Translations under genes and position numbers: made by a program | Assembly: GCF_004010195.1 (NCBI RefSeq) | Contig: NC_057718.1 | Span: 7,952,711-7,972,710 of the forward strand | Source of the DNA: Chiloscyllium plagiosum | Taxonomy: Eukaryota | Direction: 5' to 3' | Length of the DNA: 20,000 nt | Notes under the pieces: model-generated | Told to the model about the DNA's origin: nothing | Database searches by the model: none | Seen by the model: only the letters and a program-made list of their open reading frames with translations | Shown here: positions 1-9,905 of the stretch, one piece after another | Layout: each line of letters starts with the position of its first letter | Position numbering within the stretch: position 1 is the stretch's first letter

Positions 1-15
1 ATATAACCTAAAGAC

Positions 16-166
16 TCCTTGGAGAAGGAGCACGCGGTGTCCACCAACACCCTGGAGTTGTTCAGGGAGAGGTGGGCGCCGCAGGAAAAAAAAAATATAA
101 TAAGCACTACCGCACTTAGGTGGTAGTGTGGGGGTTAAATTATTAAAAAAAAAGAAGAAAAAAAAA
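16..166 (+). mobile_element. Short 5'-truncated Tx1/L1-clade retrotransposon insertion (ORF2 C-terminus, hairpin, A-tail) with target-site duplication
   Basis: 16-84 reads SLEKEHAVSTNTLELFRERWAPQ, resembling the Tx1-type ORF2 C-terminus. A-rich tail at 145-166. Direct repeat ATATAACCTAAAGAC at 1-15 and 167-181. Confidence 0.75.
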
Positions 167-1147
167 ATATAACCTAAAGACAGACAAGAGTGAGTCACAG
201 AATGAGGTGCAAGGGGTCTTACAGGTAAGGCTGATGAACTCAGGCCATGTATGGGAACATGGGACAGGGACAGGAAGTTGGCCGAGGGAAGGACAGGATT
301 GCAACTCAATGTTCCGGGTTTTAGATGCTATTGGGAGGGTAGAAAGAGAGACAATAAAGGATGGGGAATGGCATTCTTGATTAAGGAAAACTTCGCGACT
401 GTAATTGGGATATTTCTGAGGGATAGTCCAGTGAAACAATATAGGTAGAAATTAGAAATAAGAAAGTGTTGATCACCTTGATGGGAATTGTACTGTTGGC
501 AGACCAATAATCAGGAGAAATTGAAGAACAAACATATTGAGAGATCTCAGATATGCATAAGAAAAATAGGGTTGTAATAGTTCAGGATTTTAACTTTCCA
601 AACATTGACTGGGATGCCAAAGAGTTAAAGGTTTGGATGGTGAGAAATTTGTTAAAGAAAACTTTCTTTATCAATATGTAAATATACCTATTAGAGAAGT
701 TGCAAAACTTGACCTTCTCTTAGGAAGTAAGGCAGGGAAAGTTACTGAAATGTTAGTAGAGGAACACTTTGGGACCAGTGATCATAATTCTATTAGTTTT
801 AAAATAGTTATGGAAAAGGATAAGCCTGACATGAAAGTTAAAGTTCTTAACTGAAGTAAGGTGAATTTTAATGGTATGAAACAAGAATGTTCAAAAGTTG
901 ATTGGAGTAGAGTGTTTGCAGGTAAAGGGATGACTGACAAGTGGAAGGCTTTCAGAAATATATAACAAGAGTCAGGAGACATTATGTTCTTATTAGAGTA
1001 AAGAATAAGGCCAGTAAGAGTAAGAAATAACAGATGAATAAAGATATTGACATTCCAGTCAAGAATAAGAAAGAATCATGTATTGGACCTAGACAACTAG
1101 GATCATGTGAATCTCTTCAAGATTATAAAGTGTGTAGGGGCATTGTT

Positions 1148-1256
1148 CATAGATTCACAGAATCATATTATCACAGAATCTCTACACTGGGGAAACAGGC
1201 CATTCAGCCCAGCAAGTCCATACTGACTCATAGAAGAGCATCCCAAACAGACCCAC
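1148..1256 (-). mobile_element. 3' tail fragment of an HE1-type SINE inserted into the CR1
   Basis: Reverse complement matches the 3' end of the HE1 copy at ~15785-15860 (TGGGTCTG...GGACTTG.TGGG..GAA.GGCCTGTTTCC). Confidence 0.75.
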
Positions 1257-1410
1257 CATTTGGTTCATTAAGTCCCTTGGGAAGGAAACTGCACCCTTAT
1301 CTGGTCTGGCCTGCACGTGACTCCAGACCACTGCAATGTGGTTGACTCACAACTGTTCTCTGGGCAATTAGGGATGGGGCAATAAGGGATGGGGCAATAA
1401 ATGCTGTAAT
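1257..1410 (+). mobile_element. 3' part of a tRNA-derived SINE with a LINE-derived tail (same family as 13397-13815)
   Basis: TGGTTCATTAAGTCC...GGAAGGAAA...GTGACTCCAGACC...GGGCAATAAATGCT. AGGGATGGGGCAATA is locally duplicated in tandem. Confidence 0.65.
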
Positions 1411-3224
1411 AGCACTCATTCAGTGAATTAACAAAACAAGACCAACTGGAGAGAGAATAGGGCCCCTTAAAGATCAATGAGGTCATCCATATGTTGAACC
1501 TCAGGGGATAGGAGAGGTATTAAATAAATATTTCATGCCAGCTTTTACTGCGGAAAAAGAAGTGGAGGCTAGAGAACACGTGAAAATAAATATTCATGTT
1601 TTGAAACAGTTCATATTACAGAGGATGAAATGCTGGAGGTCTTAGAAAACATAGTTAAAAATCACACAACACCAGGACCTGACTAAGTGTTTCCCAGGAC
1701 ATTGTGGGAAGTTACAGAGGAAATGAAAGAGCCCCTAGCAGAAATATTTACATCAGCTATTATTATAGGTGAGGTACTGGACGGTGGCAAATGCTGTGCC
1801 TTTATTTAAGAAAGGCTATAAGGAGAAGCCTGGGAAATATGGACCCCTGAGCCTGACATCAGTGGTGGGTAAGATGTTGGAGGGGTTTCTGAAAGATAGG
1901 GTTACATGCATTTGGAAGTGCAGGGACTGATTAGGCATAGTCAGTGTGGTTTTGTACGTGGGAAATCATGTCTCACAAACTTGATTGAGCTTTTTAAGAA
2001 AGTAACCAAAAAGATTGATGAGTGCAGAGAGGTAGACATTGTTTACATAGACCCAGCAAAGTGTTTGACAAGGTTCGGCTTGGTAGAATAATTAGTGAAG
2101 TTCAATCACACGGGATTCAAGGAGAGTTTGCCAATTGGATACAAAATTGGCTTGATGGTAGGAGACAGAGGGTAGTGATGGAGGGTTATTTTTCGTACTG
2201 GAGACCTGTGACCAGCGGTGTTCCACAGAGATCGGTGCTGGGTCCCTTTTGTTTGTCATTCATATAAATGATTTGGATGGAATATAGGAGGGATGGTTAG
2301 TAAGTTTGTGGATAACACCAAAATTGGTGGTGTAGTTGACAGTGAAGAAGGTTATCTAAGATTACAAAGGGGTCTTGATCAACGAGGTCAACAGGCTGAG
2401 GAGTGACAGATGGAGTTTAATTTAGATAAATGCACGGTATTGCAGTTTGGTACATGGGCAGGATTTATACAATTCATGGCAGGGCACTGGGGTGGTGTTG
2501 GGGTTCAGGTACGCAATTCTTTGAAACTTGTGTCACAGCTAGTCAGGCTGGTTAAGGAGGTGTTTAGCACACTTACCTTCATTGCTCAGACCTTTGAGTA
2601 TAGGAGTTGGGACGTCATGTTGAGGTTGTACAGGACCTTGGTGAGGCCTCTTCTGGAGTACAGTGGATAGTTAGGTCTTCCAGCTATAAGAATGATATTA
2701 TTAAATTGGAGAGGGTTCAGAAGAGATTTACCAGGATGTTGCTGGGAATAGAGGGTTTGAGTTAAAAAGAAAAGAGGCTGGATGGACTGAGACATTTTTC
2801 ACTGGAGTGTAGGAGGTTGCGGAGTGACCTTATAGAGATTTATAAAATCATGAGAGGCATGGATAGGGTGAATGACAAGGGCCTTTTCCCCAAGGTGGGC
2901 GAAGTTCAAAACCACGGGCATATTTTTAAGGTGAGAGGAGAAAGGTTTAGAAAGGACATGAGAGGCAATGCTTTTTACACAGAGGAAGTGGTGGCTGTGG
3001 GTACAGTTACATTTGGATAAGTACATGAATAGGAAAGGTTTGGAGGGATATGGGCCAAGCTCAGGCAAGTGGGACGAGTTTAGTTTGGGATTGTAGTCGG
3101 CATGGACTGGTTGTACTGAAGGGTCTGTTTCCGTTCTGTATGATTCTATGATTCTATAACTCCATTTAAACCACTCCCTAATGCAATATTAATAAGCCAG
3201 GTTGATAAACGATTTAGAAAAAAA

Positions 3225-4020
3225 TATGGGGGTGGAGGAAGATAAGTAAATTTGCAGATGACACAATCATTGGCTGGGTGGTTGACAATAGGAAGAAGGT
3301 GTTAGGATACAGGAGGATACAAAAAGATTGGGCACATGGGCAGATTGGTGGCAAATGGAATTTAACCCTGGTAACTGCGAGGTGATGTGCTTTGGAAATA
3401 GTAACTAGGCATGGGAGCACGCAATAAATGGTAGCACTCTAGGAAGCTCAAAGAATTAGAGAAATCTTGCAATGCTTGTCCACAGATCCCTGAAAGTTGC
3501 AGGACCGGTTAATAGGGTAATTTAGAAAGTGTATAGGACACTTGTCTTAATGAGTTGTCAAAGTCAGAGGTCCCACAACATCAGGTTATAGTCTAACAGG
3601 TTTATTTAGAGTGCTGCCCATTTATCAGGTGAAGTGGAGAGAAGCACCATTATCAGTTGTGGCATTGATTAGAAAAGCAAGGAGGTTACCTTGGGACTCT
3701 ATAAGACTTGGATTAAACCACAACTGGAGTGCTGTATGTGGTTCTGGTCTCTGCTTTACCGAAAGGAAGTGGTTGCACTGGAGAGGGTGCAAAAGAGATT
3801 CACCAGGATGTTGATTGGGATGGAGCAGTTCAGCTATGGACAGATGCTGGATAAGCTCGAGTTGTTTTCTTGGGAGGAGGGAAGGTTGGGATTGCTCCCT
3901 GACAGACGTGTGGATGAAAGACATTGACAGGGTAAATCAGAAGCAACTGTTCCCTTTAGTCAAATGATCAACAAGAAAGAGGATAATTTAAAAGTGAAAG
4001 ACAAGAGGTTTAGAAGGATT
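3225..4020 (+). mobile_element. Older CR1 LINE fragment (RT C-terminal part)
   Basis: ISKFADDT motif at ~3242-3265, QMEFNPGNCEVM, LYKTWIKPQLECC...LERVQKRFTRM. Split by a PLE fragment at ~3560-3647. Confidence 0.9.
3560..3647 (-). mobile_element. Penelope-like pseudo-LTR fragment
   Basis: CACAACATCAGGTTATAGTCTAACAGGTTTATTT is the reverse complement of the pLTR sequence at ~6511-6545. Confidence 0.65.
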
Positions 4021-4264
4021 TTGTTGCAGCACAAGGCTATTGCAACACAGTGAAACTAAAATATTCACTGAACCACAAAATTGTCCAACTGATCCGAAGC
4101 AGGCTTCATAAATAACACATTTCAAATACCCAGATTACAGTTTAAGCGGATATTAACAATTTATTATTAATGTAACTTTGGCAGAGGAAAGCTAAAGATT
4201 AAGGGATTCTAATTCTAATTCTATGATTAAACATTTATAAGTCTCATTTTTAATAAATGCTAAC

Positions 4265-4392
4265 ATCTCTATGCTGGGTCTGCTGCAATGTTCCAACGAA
4301 GAGCAACTCAAAGTTGAGGAACAGCACTTCGTTTTCCACTTAGACACATTCCAGCCTCTCGGATTCAATATTTAATTCCACAATTTCAGAGC
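4265..4392 (+). mobile_element. Penelope-like element ORF end (GIY-YIG C-terminal region), decayed
   Basis: Reads LGLLQCSNEEQLKVEEQHFVFHLDTFQPLGFNI*FHNF, matching the PLE motif R-K-L-E-E-Q-H-L-I-F-x-L-G-T-L-Q-P-x-G-L-N. Confidence 0.7.
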
Positions 4393-4488
4393 CTGACCAT
4401 ACGGTATCTCTTTTTAATTTTTCTTACATTCTCCAACCCTACAACTCCCACTCTTACCGCCAATCTTATTCACTCAGCTCTCATAGTG

Positions 4489-4697
4489 TCATATAATCAT
4501 AGAGTCATAGACCTGAACAGCACAGAAACAGACCCTCCGGTCCAACTCGTCCATGCCGACCAGATATCCTAAATTAACCTAGTCCCAGCACTTGGCCCAT
4601 ATCCCTCCAAACCCTTCCTATTCATATACCATCCAGATTCCTTTTAAATGATGTAATTGATCAGCCTCCACCACTTTCTCTGGCAGCTCATTCCACC
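4489..4697 (-). mobile_element. HER1/CR1 LINE 3' end
   Basis: Reverse complement is nearly colinear with ~18373-18582 (WNELPE region, 3' UTR, TCTATGAC repeats). Confidence 0.9.
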
Positions 4698-4702
4698 CTT
4701 AA

Positions 4703-5157
4703 GGGGCAGCACAGTGGCTCAGTGGTTAGCACTATTGCTTCACAGCGCATGGGATCTGGGTTCAATTCTACCCTCAGGCGACTGTCTGTGTGGAGTTTGC
4801 ACATTCTCCCCGTGTCTGCATGGGTTTCCTTCGGGTGCTCCGGTTTCCTCACACAGTCCAAAGATGTGCAGATTGGGTGACTTGGCCATGCTGAATTGCC
4901 CATAGCATTAGTCAGGGGTAAAGATGGGGAATGGGTCTGGATAGGTTACTCTTCAAAGGGTCAGTATGGATTAGTTGGGCCAAAGGTAAAAACAATGCCT
5001 GCAGATGCTGGAAACCAGATTCTGGATTAGTGGTGCTGGAAGAGCACAGCAGTTCAGGCAGCATCCGAAGAGCAGCAAAAAGGGCTTTTGCCCAAAACGT
5101 CGATTTAGTTGGGCCAAAGGGCCTGTTTCCACACTGTAGGTAATCTAATCTAATCTA
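4703..5157 (+). mobile_element. HE1-type V-SINE, interrupted by a PLE fragment
   Basis: tRNA-like head with A box TGGCTCAGTGG (4715-4725) and B box GGTTCAATTC (4759-4768). V-domain GTGTGGAGTTTGCACATTCTCCCCGTGTCTGC. (TAATC)n tail. Confidence 0.93.
4987..5104. mobile_element. Penelope-like pLTR fragment with internal inversion, inserted in HE1
   Basis: TGCAGATGCTGGAAA...GCTGGAAGAGCACAGCAGTTCAGGCAGCATCC followed by oppositely oriented AGGGCTTTTGCCCAAAACGTCGAT. Flanked by the 16-bp direct repeat TTAGTTGGGCCAAAGG (4971-4986, 5105-5120). Confidence 0.8.
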
Positions 5158-5224
5158 CTTGTCAGCTCTCAGTTCAGAACAGCGTTCACTCGCTCTTAAA
5201 GGTACAGTACCTGCCTTCAACTTC

Positions 5225-5345
5225 ACAACATAGTTCCTCGTTCTGGACTCTGCATCCAGTGGAGATCTTTTCTCCCCATCCACCCTATCTGATTCTTTAA
5301 TCGTCTTAACCACTTCAATTCAAAAATCCTTCCAGATCCAAGGGA
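5225..5345 (-). mobile_element. Old CR1 remnant
   Basis: CTCGTTCTGGACTC...TCCACCCTATC...TCTTTAATCGTCTTAACCACTTCAAT resembles the antisense of the CR1 LIEVYKI...DRVD region. Confidence 0.55.
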
Positions 5346-6309
5346 TTGTGAGGTGAACTTATGACCCATTGTTTAAATTTAGCCTTGAGGAGGTTTTAAC
5401 TGAATGTTAGATATTTAAATTTTCTGACATTCAGCACTTCGCACCGTACAGTCCTGTCATGTTTCTCAGCTCAAATTCTATCCAAAGTAATTGACATAAG
5501 ATAATAAGCAGACTGCTTTATCAATCATGATAACTGTTAGTAGCTGCCAGATGTGAAAAAACAGCAATGAATATGTCATAAGTAATATTTAACAACGTCT
5601 TCATATTATTTATATGGCAGTGTATTACATTTTTCTCATGTGAAATTTGAGCAGCTTTTTCCAAAACGTGAAATTTGTATCTTCTGCAATTCACGACAAA
5701 ATCCCAGTTCAACTCCACAATGAGGTCAGAGCAGGCCCGGAGGGAGGAGATACTGTCCTTGTCCATTCCAGTCCTACTCATTACTGGAGCTGAGGCCTAA
5801 CAGATGGAGTTCAGGTATCAAGTGATGATAAGTCAAGGGATGGCCTTTTTAGTCTCCACAATCAGCGTTTGAGTCTGGTTGGCCAAGGAGGGAATTTGAA
5901 CGGACAGATTCCTCCCAGAGTCCTGGGCACAAAGGTAGGTCTGGTGTCTGCATCACCAGTTAAAACAAGGAGGCAGACCCCAAATCCAACCCCAACCAGA
6001 ACGCTACCCACAGTGCTAGCGCTGCCATCTAAGTGGTCCCTATATATATTTATACGGTGAGTAACCCACAGCACAACAGTCTATTCAGATATGAGAACTT
6101 ATTGAGCTAAGAATTACTCTGGACTGGTTCTTGGAGAATGAAGTGTCGACTTAAGGGATAGAAGAAAGTGTAACATTAAAGGAAGATTTTCAATAATTTT
6201 AATGTTAAATGGGGGGAATCTTTTCTGAATCGTAGAGTATAGGTTGACTACTGAACTCATGTATAGTCAATGTTGCTTTCAGTTTATGTGTTACAATGGA
6301 GTCATTGGG

Positions 6310-6730
6310 CATAAACAAGACAGAAACAATTGGTTATGGACACGAATGACTATCAATATGGGGATAGCAGGGAGAAAGTGGCATAAAATGCCATAATCTG
6401 TATTGAATAGCACAGCAGGCTTGATGGGCTGAATGGAATATTTCTGCTCTAGTCCAACAGGTTTATTTGAAAATACAACCTTTCCGAATGCTCCGAAGGC
6501 TTGTATTTTCAAATAAACCTGTTGGATTATAATCTGGTTTTGTGTGATTTTCAACTTTGTCCACCCCCAGTCCAACACCGCCACGTCCACATTATATTTC
6601 TGTTCTGACAAGGAAATATTTGCAGATCAATTGGAAAGAGCAGTGTGGGTGGATTGGAATTAATTGGAGAATTTGTTCCAGCAGCCAACATGGACATGTT
6701 GGGCTGAAATGGTCTCCTTCTATATGGTAG
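6310..6730 (+). mobile_element. Two old CR1 3'-tail remnants flanking a PLE insertion
   Basis: GCAGGCTTGATGGGCTGAATGG (~6414-6436) and GGACATGTTGGGCTGAAATGGTCTCCTTCT (~6692-6721) are CR1 3' UTR motifs. Confidence 0.6.
6451..6593 (+). mobile_element. Penelope-like pLTR end with inverted 5' copy and 13-bp TSD
   Basis: Perfect 26-bp inverted repeat at 6453-6478 / 6501-6526. pLTR terminus ...CAGTCCAACACCGCCACGTCCACAT. TSD ATATTTCTG(C/T)TCT at 6438-6450 and 6594-6606. Confidence 0.8.
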
Positions 6731-7239
6731 AATGGTATGAGATCATGAAAGCTCGAGCCACAAAGGTTTTGTTGTACAGGGAGCGTGCATTCCAGTCGAT
6801 TGGGAATTTTCAGACGCAATCCAAATCTAAGCTCATTGGCCCAAGATCTTCCTCTTCGGATGGTCTGATGGGTATGGGCCCAAAGCTGACCATTTATATA
6901 ACAACCAACAAAGTCAAGAGCAGCCTGGAGTTTAGGCCCACAGTTCACAGTGACAACAGAGGTATGTTTTGTTTTATTTTGTGGAATTCCATGATTCCTC
7001 CAGCATTTCAGGATCACAAATCACACTTCGGATCTTTACTTGTGAGAAGACAACACCTATGACAATGAAAACAAATAGCAAATCTCCTCGTTCGGATGTC
7101 AGAGTCAATCCTGCCGCAATGTAACCCACCCATTTTGCAGACGGAGAAGATTCCATGGCATGACTTCAAACAACAGTAAGGAATTTATCTGTCATGCCCT
7201 AATTAATATATATCCCCTGAGCTGCAAAACTGTGACATC

Positions 7240-7328
7240 AAGGCTAAGATGAGATCAGCCATGTTTGTACTAAATCATGGAATAAGCTTGAGAGGCTGAA
7301 TTGCCTACTCCTCGCTCTTATATTCTTA
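7240..7328 (+). mobile_element. CR1 3' UTR remnant
   Basis: AGATCAGCCATG...GCTTGAGAGGCTGAATTGCCTACTCCT...TATTCTT. Confidence 0.7.
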
Positions 7329-7339
7329 AAACTAAAGAT

Positions 7340-7497
7340 GCATCACCTGGTCAGCATTATGTTACTGGTTATAGGATCTTGCTACATCCATATGGCCAGC
7401 TACAATTCTACAGTGACTACACATCGAAACCTACTTTCTCATTGGCTTGACGCACTGTGGAAGGTTTTAAGGTAGTTGAAGACAATATATAAATGCA
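7340..7497 (+). mobile_element. Deu-domain SINE (SacSINE1/AmnSINE1-related) 3' remnant
   Basis: CTGGTCA...GGATCTTGCT...CAGTGACTACAC...CATTGGCT...TATATAAATGCA follows the DeuSINE 3' half as I recall it. Confidence 0.65.
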
Positions 7498-8025
7498 CAT
7501 GTGGGCTGGCAAGATGGCGGCGCTGGCATGGTGGGTAGTATTCGGGGACCTGAGCCCATCTGCCCAGACCAGCTGCACCCTTCATTTTCTTTCCATTTTC
7601 CTTTCTGTTTCTTTTTCCCTTCCCTTCCTGACATTATGAGGAATTTGGACGCGACGGTGATGTTGGGTGCAGCCGCGGTGGTGGCAGTACCTGGGGCAAG
7701 GATTCCTGGTTGTGGGTAGCCCAGAACGTGTATTTGGTGGGTTATCGGCTGGACTAGTAGTGCATCTGGCGTAAGGACTTCTGGCGGCTGAATGGCTGAG
7801 GTGTGGACTCTTGGCGGGGTTGATGTTTCTGTGCCTGGGATGGGGACACCTTGGAGAGACCTTGCAGAAGCCGTGGAGCTGTATTTGAAGACCTCTTTGT
7901 ACAGAAGATGACCTCGATTTGTGTCATTTCTTCTGTTTTTGTAGCTCAAAATGGCGCCGGAGTGTAGCGAGAAAACACCTTTCACTGTATCTTTCGAGAT
8001 ATATGCGACAATAAGTAACTCATAA
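7498..8025 (+). mobile_element. ~530-bp non-autonomous retroposon with LINE-like 5' end and Rex/Babar-like 3' tail
   Basis: AAGATGGCGGC near the 5' end (7511-7521). 3' end TTTCACTGTATC...TGCGACAATAA. Flanking direct repeat ATAAATGCA (7489-7497, 8026-8034). More GC/CpG-rich than the flanks. Confidence 0.6.
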
Positions 8026-8844
8026 ATAAATGCAGGATCATTATGACACTTTTAAAGTTCTGCCTAGTCTTTTCTTTAACCTCACTTCGACCTCATGTCC
8101 ATTGGCATTTGTGGTATTCAGTGAAAGTCAACGACTTGCCTGCGGGAGCATTGACAATCCCTCCCCACTTGAAAACTTCAATTGGAAAGTTGAGCCTTTA
8201 TCAGGATGTAGGGATTTGCAAAGGATTCTGCCCCTGGCAAAAGATCTGCGAGCCATTTGAAAGGAAAGGCCTTACCATTTGGTCGTGTGCCAGTTGTTAA
8301 TCCTAGACTAACCTTGCCTGCTTGCTGAGTGTCTTTTCCCAGTCTCTGATAAACAGAGTACAGCACATGCAGAACATAGTTGGCCCCACTGAGTCCAAGA
8401 TTTAAATGAAAACAAGGCTTGAGAAAATAACTAAGATGCCTGCTCTTTGATGTCTGGTCAGAGAATGTACATGGTGTACTTAAATCTCCAGTTCAAGCTG
8501 GGCTCTTGAAAGCCTGGTTTATTACAACGCATATTGAAGAAAGCTACTTGGTTGACTGTCAACATTCTGATCCTTGGTACATTAATATTTCTTTTGTAAA
8601 ACCTCAACTTTGGCTCTATCTGGTCCATTTGATCTCCACTTCAGGTCCTTATATAACAGCTCACAGTTATGTACAATCTAAAGAGCTTGCCCAAATTCAG
8701 GAAACCACGTAACTAAGGGACAGCTATTCATATCTCATTTGCTGAAACCCAATAAATCATGAGACAGCTGTTTTTCTCTCTACACATCTCATCCCCTAGG
8801 ATTACCTCATCGACTTCTCACTCTCCCACTAGCCTCAATTAATT

Positions 8845-8943
8845 ACAAAGACAGAAATTACTGGGCAATCTCAGCAGGTCTGGCAGCATATGTGGAGAGA
8901 AAACAGAGTTGGTGTTTCATGTCCAGTGACCCTCCTTCAGAAT
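8845..8943 (-). mobile_element. Penelope-like pLTR fragment
   Basis: ACAGAAATTACTGG...CTCAGCAGGTCTGGCAGCAT...CAGAGTT...GTTTCATGTCCAGTGACCCTCCTTCAGAA. The minus strand has a degenerate CTGA..GA/GAAAC core. Confidence 0.75.
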
Positions 8944-9247
8944 AGTGTTGTATGCCACGCAGGTGGCTGGGATCACGGGTGCTTTCAAAGCACAAAGCAT
9001 GAGTTGGAATCCAAGTAGGGCGAGTCTGAGTTAGAGGCAGTCACTGAGAAATTAAATGTGGTTGTGGAAACGTGTTTTGGCAAATATCTTGTCAAACACC
9101 TGGAGCGGCAATGAAAGTAATGACAGAGAACAAGAAAAATGATTAGAATGGAAATCCTGTCAGAGAGAGGAACAGAACTCCTTCAGCATGGACATACCCT
9201 GGAAGAGATGTGGCAGTGCGTTAGAAACTAAATGAGAAAACAAAACA

Positions 9248-9360
9248 AACAAAGTGTGGATGCTGGAAATCAGAAACAAAATCAAAAACTGCTCAGCAGT
9301 CTGGCAGCATCAGCAGAGAAATCAGAGTTATCGCTTCAGGTCCAGTAACCCTTCTTCAAA
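9248..9360 (-). mobile_element. Penelope-like pLTR fragment (same family as 8845-8943)
   Basis: GATGCTGGAAATCAGAAAC...GCTCAGCAGTCTGGCAGCATC...CAGAGTTATCGCTTCAGGTCCAGTAACCCTTCTTCA. Confidence 0.75.
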
Positions 9361-9694
9361 GGACAATTAGTATTTTGCTCAGAGGCTGCTTTTCACTCAG
9401 CAAGATCGCATAGGTGGCAAAGTCAGGAAGAGCTGCTTGATATGGTTTCAGTAATGTTGTTTGACAGAAGAATGTTGGAGCAGGATCTATCGCTGACACC
9501 TGGAAGTGTAATCTCATTCGGCAAAGAATCGTCACTGTATTATGGGTGCAGAGTAGTTTATTTGTGTATGTGAGGCGTTTATCGCTGGAAAAAGCCTAGA
9601 GGCCCTTGAGCAGATGATGGTGAGGTGCCATCCTGAAGCACTGCAGTGCTGGCAGTGTGGGTAGGCACACAGAGGGAGTTCCATGGTTGTCATG

Positions 9695-9905
9695 GAAGGA
9701 ATGCGGTATATTTCCAAGCCAGGATGGTGAATGGCTCAGAGGGGAACTTGCAGCTTGTGGTGTTCCCATACATCTGCTGCCATTGTCCTTCTAATCGGGC
9801 TCACAGGTTTTGAGGGTGCTGTCTTGGTAAGTTGCTGCAGGTGCATCTTGCAGCACGTACACATTGTAGCTACTGTGCATTAGTGGAGGAGAGAGTGAAT
9901 GTTGG
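9695..9905 (-). mobile_element. CR1/L2-group LINE 3' ORF remnant (family also at 14075-14378 and 17625-17882)
   Basis: GTGGTGTTCCCATACATCTGCTGCCATTGTCCTTCTA is the antisense of ~17674-17710. Confidence 0.75.

Larger units (their letters stand above)
207..3160 (+). mobile_element. Degenerate CR1/HER1-type LINE covering nearly all of ORF2 (endonuclease + RT) and the 3' tail; interrupted at ~1148-1410
   Basis: Fragments across frames: LDLLLG...EHFGTSDHNSISF (endonuclease), QCGFVRGKSCLTNLIE, SKVFDKV, WRPVTSGVPQRSVLGP, LYRTLVRPLLEYS, RSDLIEIYKIM. Ends in (GATTCTAT)n microsatellite at ~3140-3158. Many stops and frameshifts. Confidence 0.95.

Noticed and set aside
207..3160. Active or domesticated reverse transcriptase gene
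   Set aside because: Numerous stops, frameshifts, deletions and nested insertions.
4703..4775. tRNA genes (also at 14442, 15562, 11345 and 12890)
   Set aside because: The A/B boxes run directly into SINE bodies, with no intact cloverleaf.
5521..6074. Short ORFs in unique AT-rich DNA
   Set aside because: No recognisable domains or consistent splice signals; lengths are compatible with chance.
7467..7985. 172-aa minus-strand ORF
   Set aside because: It lies within the putative non-autonomous repeat, crosses its boundary and has no recognisable domain.
9358..9535. Open minus-strand frames (e.g. DDSLPNEITLPG...) as an exon
   Set aside because: Weak acceptor, no convincing donor and no recognisable homology.
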